A stretch of DNA of 64,000 bases from the NCBI GenBank assembly GCA_033442325.1, contig JAWQFM010000025.1, forward strand, positions 193,024 through 257,023, given 5' to 3'. The notes under the pieces were generated by a model, which made no database searches, was not told the origin of the DNA, and was given only the letters and a program-made list of their open reading frames with translations. This DNA is from Salpingoeca rosetta (taxonomy: Eukaryota; Protista; Choanoflagellata). Shown here in pieces: positions 57,170-64,000 of the stretch (its first letter is position 1; every line of letters begins with the position of its first letter). Made by a program: the position numbers and the translations under genes.

Positions 57170-60100
57170 ATGGATCTCAATCAATCTATTCCCCATTCTT
57201 CGACAACACCCTTCACTCTCAGAACCTGCCTGCCTCCATTGTTCTCCAAAATGTCACAGCCCAATCCCCGGGGTTACCTGCCTCCGACGGGCACACCAAC
57301 AACCCTTGCACCTCAACAGCAACCGCCCTTCCAGATGTACCCGTCGCAGCTCCAAATTCCTCTCCAACGCCTCCAGCACATCCCATCCTCATCCGCCATG
57401 CTGCAGCACGCCTACCAACAGCAGCACCAGCACCAATACCCACAACAATATCCACAACACCTCCCCTCGCCGCCACAACCACAGCCACACCCATATGCCC
57501 AACAGAACTCCCTCCAGCAACAGCCGCAACCACCACCACAACGGCTGCAACCACCACAACAGCCACCACAACAGCCACCACTACAACCACCACTACAACC
57601 ACCACCACAACAACAACCACTACAACAACCACTACAACGACCACTACAACCACAACCATTGCAGCAGCAGCAGGGCCAATTCACCCACGCCTACTTTCCA
57701 CAACAGCGACAACGGCCTCTTGCACCCGCACCCTCGTTACCGCGCCGACAGCCACAGCAAGTCTCGTCGAAACCGCAGTCAACTTCAGCAACAGCGACAC
57801 CACCAGTGCACAGGCCAGTGCCTCCCACCTCCAACACGAACATGCCAGCACCCTCACCGTTCCCTGCTTCCGCAAGCACAAACACCACCACCACCACCAC
57901 AGCGCCAAGCTCAGTTGCGCGCACCACTCCTGCCCCCACCACCACCCCCACAACCACCACAGCAACTACAACCACCACAGCAACTACAACCACCAACACT
58001 GTTACCACCACGACAGCAGCCACCACGTCGGCCGCAACCACAACCAATGCCACGACAGCAGCCACCACCACCACCACCACTGTGGCAGCAGGCAGCAGCA
58101 CCAACAACACCTTTACCACCATGCGCGACGGTCAAAAGTACGAAAGCTTCTCCTTCCGCAACGTCGACGGCAACTGGCTCGAGATCTACCTGCAGCCAAA
58201 CACGTGGCAGTTTGTGGACCACATCCTCAATATCCTCCCCGACCAGGATGTCGCATACGTCAACGCCGTCCACAAGCGCCGCTCTGCGCGCGTGTGGACG
58301 GACCGTGGCCGCCTTGTGGAGGTGTTTGTGCCCAAGGAGGCCCTCCTGGTCTCTGCGCACCTCGTGCCGCCAAATGAGGACGACAGCAGGCTGTGGCCGA
58401 AGCTGCGCACCTACCGCATGATCCCGTCGACACGCCGCTTCATCATGGACCAGACGAGCGGCTCCGACCTGCGCACGTTGGCGGACTTCCCGCGCTACGG
58501 CATGACCGGGTACCGGTTTGCGCTCCTGCTCCAGCTGTCCACAGGCGCCTACGCGTGGAAGGTGTCCAAAAACGTGTTCGCCTTCCGCTCCAAAGGCTCA
58601 TCAGAGGTGGCCGCGGCCAGGGCAGCGGAATCAGGAAAGGCGACAACAGCACCCGCATCATCAAAGCCATCCTCAACAGCAGCATCGGGCCGCACCAGAA
58701 CATTCGCATCAAAGCGGCCGCTCGGGTCGGCGTCGTCGTCAACTTCCAGCAGGCGCATGCATGTGGTGAAGATGGAGCACGGTGGCACAATGGCTACCTG
58801 GCACATGTACCCTGCTGGTGGCAGTGCAGACCACGGCAGCCGCGCCAGCAGTGGCCGCGGCGGGACCACCAGCGTCTTCAGCACCAGCACCCCCACCAGC
58901 AGCAACAGCGTGTTTAGCAGCTACAGCAGCGCCAACAGCGGCAATCACGGCAGAGCCAACAACCACAGCCACAACGGCAGCCACAACGGCAGCCACAACG
59001 TCTACAATCGCAATGCCGCAAACACCGGCATGTACAATAACACCACCAACACCAACAACACCACCAACACCAGCAACATCAGCAACAACACCAGCAGCAT
59101 CAGCAGCATCAGCAACAACAACATCAGCAACAACATGGGCAGAACGACGGCACATCGTTCGCTGGGCGGCGAGACACCGGCAAAACGCGCCCATCTCGTG
59201 CTGCCGCAGAACGGGCCCACCGCCCCGACGACGTATGCGGCACCCAATCAGCAGCCGGTGGCGGCAACCTCGGCACCCATGCTGATGCTCCTGTCAAACG
59301 CAGCAGCCAGGATGGACCGCCACGGCGGGGGCGGCTACAGCAGTGGTGGTGGTGGTGGTGGCGGCGGCGGTGGCTGGAACAACGCAGCCCACGCCCCCAT
59401 GCAGCAAAGCCCATGGCAGCTGCAACAGCAGGCGCAACCGCCACAAGGCAACATTGGCACCCAGCCGCAGGTTTACGGCGCCTCTGCCGCCCAATCAGGC
59501 CCGACGTCCTCAGCCACGCCGACGGTGCCGCAACCGCGCATCAAGGAGGAGGTGATTGAGAGTGAAGCGGGACCAATGCACGGTGCTGTGCACAATGATG
59601 ATGGTGGTGGTGGTGGTGGTGCCAGCACTGGTGAGGGTGGTGCGAAGCGACAGCAGCACGAGCGCCAGCAACAGCCGCAGGACCAGCTGCACAGGGGCAA
59701 GAAGAAGAAAAAGAAGAAGAAGCAGAAGAGCAAGAACAGCACAAGCAACCTGAACGGCACAACACCAACCGCACCCGTGTCGCAGGCCACAGCATCGTCG
59801 ACACCAGGCATGGAGCCTCCGAAGCTGATGCCACTCAACCGCTACCCGTTTGCCATGCCACCCACGATGATGCCGCCACCACCTGCGGGCGGACTGGCTG
59901 CCCACCCGTCCTCGCTGCAAACAGCAGCACCGGCAGCACCAGCACTACCGGCCACAGCGGCAGGGCTGACGGCTGCAGCAACAAGGGGATGGCCCACCGC
60001 TGCACCACCGGCAACAGCAGCACCAACTCCACTAACAATAACAACAACAACACCACCACCACCGCCAGCAACGACAATACCAGTGCCAATACCAACGCCA

Positions 60101-61356
60101 CCAATGCCGGCAGCAAACATGGCAGCAGCACCGCCACCCTGCACCGGGCCCTCCTCCTCCTCCCTCACGGCGTCTTCATTGCCCCACCAGCCGTATCCAT
60201 ATGCGATGAACCCTGCCGCAATGATGGCTGCAATGGCAGCCATGCATGGGGGCGGTGGTATGATGCAACCATTTCCAGGCATGATGCAATCCTCCATCGC
60301 CCCGCCCACAGCAACCACAACAGCAACAGCAGCGTCGTCGGCAACAGCGCCGCTACTGGCGGGAATGCCGAACGCGCTTGTGCGCATGCCCGATGGAACC
60401 ATGTCAGTCGTTGACCCACGCATCTACGCGTACCAGGCAATGCTGCTTCAACAACACCACCAACAACAGCCGTGGCAGCCGTGGCAGCCGTGGCAGCCGT
60501 GGCAGCAGTGGCAACGCGGCCAGGGAAATGACCAAACCAAGACGCAGAAGGGTGGTGATGGCGGCAAGCTGACCAGGGGCCGAAAGAAGCGTGCCAACAC
60601 CAGCAAACATAGTGCCAGTGACGACGATGACGATGGTGGTGACGACACGGGAGCAGGCTCTGACGCGAGCACAGATGATGACAGCGATGGCAGTGGTGGC
60701 AGCAAAGGTGAGCGGCGTCGCAGTCATCACGACCGTCGTCGCCATCGTCGTCATCATCATGGCCGCGGCCGCCAGCATCGTCGTGGTCGCCAGGATCACC
60801 GCCGTCAAGCCACGAACGGCACCGCATCCACATCACCATCCACATCGTCGTCGTCATCGTCGTCATCACGTATCATGTCCCGCGCTGCGTCGCCAGAACG
60901 CACAGCACTGGCACACGTGGCGGCGTCCTCGTCCTCGTCGTCGTCGTCGGGGGCGGCATCAGTGACGTCCCTCTCCTCCTCCTCCTCCTCCTCCTCGTCG
61001 TCGTCGTCGTCTTCCGCCGTGACGTCGCGCTCCTCATCACCGTCACCGTCATCAGCATCATCATCGTCGTCGTCGTCACCAGTGTCTCCATCGTCGCTTG
61101 CATCCTCGCTTCGCAGCGGTAAGCGGAAGCGGCGGCAGAAGCAGATAAAGCCGAGCAGACGCAACAGAACAATGAGAGGCACACGCAGCAGCAATGATGA
61201 TACCAACAGCAGCGGCAGCAACAGCGGCAGCGGCAGCAGCAATGATGACAGCAACAGTGACAGTGACAGTGACATTGACACGTCGCGTCCATCATCGTCG
61301 CCAGCCCCAACACGCACGCGGTCGCGAGCAAAGAAGCCGCAGCAGCCGCGCAAACG

Positions 61357-61389
<33 letters not shown>

Positions 61390-62830
61390 ACAACGAAAAA
61401 GCAAGCAGCTACAGCAGCAGACAACCGCGCCTTCGTCGCGCAGTGAGATTATGCCGCCACTCCTGCCTGTTGTACTGGAAAAGCTTTCCAATGGAGTGCT
61501 GCGCGCATGCGAGGCATCAGCGCCCCCGCGCCACCGCCGCCGCCGCCGCCACCACCACGCTGGTGACAATGGTCATGATGATGACGATGACGACGATGAT
61601 GATGAGGGCGATGGTGATGGCAGCAGTGGTGGTGAGGTTGCTCGTTCCGCTTCTCGCCAGGGCCACACGAAAGGTGCAAAGGGTACGAAGAGTGCGAAGG
61701 GTGTGAAGGGTGTGAAGAGCGCGAAAGGCGGCAATGGCGATGCCGATGGTGTTGGTGACGGCACAAGCAGCGACAACAGCAGTGATCATGCAGCAACCTC
61801 ACCACCAGCAACACAGCAGCCGGTGCGTGAACTGGTGCCTGTCGACCTCGTGACTGGTGCGACTGCACGTCGCGCCATCCTCGGTGGCGTCGTTGCCGCG
61901 CGCATGGGTCGCTCGGGCGTGTGCCACCCTTTCAAATGCCACCTGTTCCTGCTGGTTGGCGCCGGGCGCAAGCAGAAGAAGGACACGGCGCGGCTGAGCA
62001 TGCAGCAGGGTGCGGATGTGGTCGTGTTTGTGCCGAGCGATGCTCCGCAGCCCGTGGCGGTGCTGCTGCTGTCGCCCAGCAAGAAGTTGGCGGCGTGTCT
62101 GCCCCCATCGCCACCGCACGTGCTCAACCGCACGCGCCAGCTCACAGCCGTGCCGGAAGCCGCGCTAGGCACACGCAGCAGCACACTGTCCCGTGCCGGT
62201 GATGACGGCGAAGTAGACGATGGCGATCGCGACGATGGTGACAGCAGCAGTGGTCGTCGTGAGGTGAAGGCGGAAGAGGATGCGAGTCGGCAGACGAGAG
62301 GCAAGGGCGCGAACAAGCGCAGGAACGTGGAAAGGAGCAGCAGCCGGCGAAGCAGTGCACGCCACACGCGAGCGGTGACGCGAGAGAAGGAGGGCGGAGC
62401 CACGAGTAGGAACGACGCCGACGTCTCGTTCGAGGCGAGCGACAGCGGTTATCACGTGTACACGCACCGCTTGACGTGGACAACCGACAACCACTTTCCC
62501 TTCAACTTTCACCGTGAGGGCGCCGGGCCGTACACAATCGGTCTCCGGTATGCGCGCGCTGACGTGAGCGGCAATGTCGGTTTTGACGACGAGGACGCGG
62601 AGGGCATTGGTGGTGGTGGTGGTGATGATGGTCACGGTGATGATGGTGATGATGATGGTGATGATGATGGTCGCAATGACGACGGGGACAAGGCCAATGG
62701 CGAGGGGGCAGATGGCGATGGTGTTGTGGGCAACAAGAGGGGCGACAGGACGTATGCGGATGTGGTGATTCCCAACACGCAATTCTGGCTCGAGCCAACA
62801 CAGCGTGTGAGGGGCAGGAACACAAAGTGA
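57170..62830 (+). CDS. Large intronless, mostly low-complexity protein (~1880 aa) with two small folded domains and NLS-like basic clusters; possible transcription regulator
   Basis: Uninterrupted ORF with Q/P, T, N, S and D/G tracts, KKKKKKKKQK and RKKR clusters. Globular-looking segments at ~58120-58600 and ~61825-62810. Confidence 0.8.
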
Positions 62831-63229
62831 GGGCGTTTGCGTGAGTTGTACGAGTGATCGTGTGTGTGTATGTGTGTGTGTGTGTGTGCACGTGGTGGTG
62901 AGTGTTCGAGGCAAAGGACAGCAGAGGTAGTGATTATGATATTGGACAGGACGACGATGGACAATCTTGATAGACTAGTCGCTGATAGTGGCGAGGCCCT
63001 GAGTGGAAGACAATGGGTCTGTGAATGATAGAATGATGGAGACTTGATGGTGTTGTTGTTGATGATGATGGTGGTGGCGATGGTGCGAGGTTTTCGTGAT
63101 CACACTTTCGCGCGTGCAAGCGTATCCTGCATTGTTCTGATGTACATTGATTTTATTTTTCATGTTTCCACTCGCGTCATGAGATTGCGTTTGACATTCA
63201 GTTTACGCACGTTTATTTGTTCGCAGTGG

Positions 63230-63306
<77 letters not shown>

Positions 63307-63456
63307 TGCTGCGCTTGCCATTGAAACCACCAACAATACAAGGAAATACCAGAACTTGCGATGAGACGGAAAGCGCGCGTGTGCATGTGTGGTTGTGTGG
63401 TTGAGTGTGTGTGTGTGTGTGTTCCTTATTTTACTTTTTACATGTTTGTTTGCGTG

Positions 63457-63746
63457 TCATTGCGTCGTTGATGTTGTCGAGGACGATGACGTATGGATGC
63501 CCGACAGCGAGAGAAGCGCGGCAAAGTCCGTGCGCCAGGACGGCGGGGCTGCAATGCAACAGGCAGTCACGCATATTATTCGCGTGAATAAGAGAAAGCA
63601 TGCAACGAGAACGATGAGGCGCATGCTTGCACACACCATGCACACATTCACACACGTATGCATGTGTGCCAACTGACCTGCGGTGAAGATTGCCACCAGT
63701 GTTTCGCGGACAGCGAGGTCTTTCACCAGCGTTCCTCTCACCAGGC
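63457..63746 (-). CDS. 3'-terminal exons of a gene entering from the right edge (unknown product)
   Basis: Exon LVRGTLVKDLAVRETLVAIFTA|gtcag (~63746-63678), then cag|..PPSWRTDFAALLSLSGIHTSS..Q* ending at 63457. Confidence 0.45.
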
Positions 63747-63809
63747 TGATCTGTGGGATGTGTGTGTGTGTGTGAGGAAAGAGTGAGCGAGTGTGCAAAG
63801 GACGACGCA

Positions 63810-63897
<88 letters not shown>

Positions 63898-63922
63898 TGC
63901 AATCCGCATCGCATGCACACAC

Positions 63923-63982
<60 letters not shown>

Positions 63983-64000
63983 TGCAATCCGCACCGCATG

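Overview
Eukaryotic, intron-rich genomic DNA saturated with (CA)n/(GT)n microsatellites and containing five N-gaps. The style and gene families suggest a choanoflagellate such as Salpingoeca rosetta (inference, not verified). Most short ORFs in the supplied track are microsatellite artefacts, so spliced genes were reconstructed by eye. Conserved multi-exon housekeeping genes (LETM1/MDM38, Borealin/CDCA8, 3-ketoacyl-CoA reductase HSD17B12-like, BZW/5MP, a DEK-C+SWIB protein) are interleaved with intron-poor, immune-like accessory genes. These are: a tandem pair of HET(TIR-like)-domain genes, one of which has lost the conserved R/W/E motif residues; two divergent Lipase_3 + C-terminal GTPase fusion genes; a multi-TM protein; a decayed Tc1/IS630-type transposase; an LRR-like gene with a premature stop; a HET-like + 13x42-aa TPR protein whose repeats vary at a few fixed positions; and an LRR-TM-TKL receptor kinase. 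The best candidate for an undescribed system is this innate-immunity-like cluster, in particular the lipase-GTPase fusions and the HET-like active/inactive pair plus HET-TPR sensor. A second theme is polarised (GT)n...(CA)n intron ends that could form splice-bridging hairpins.
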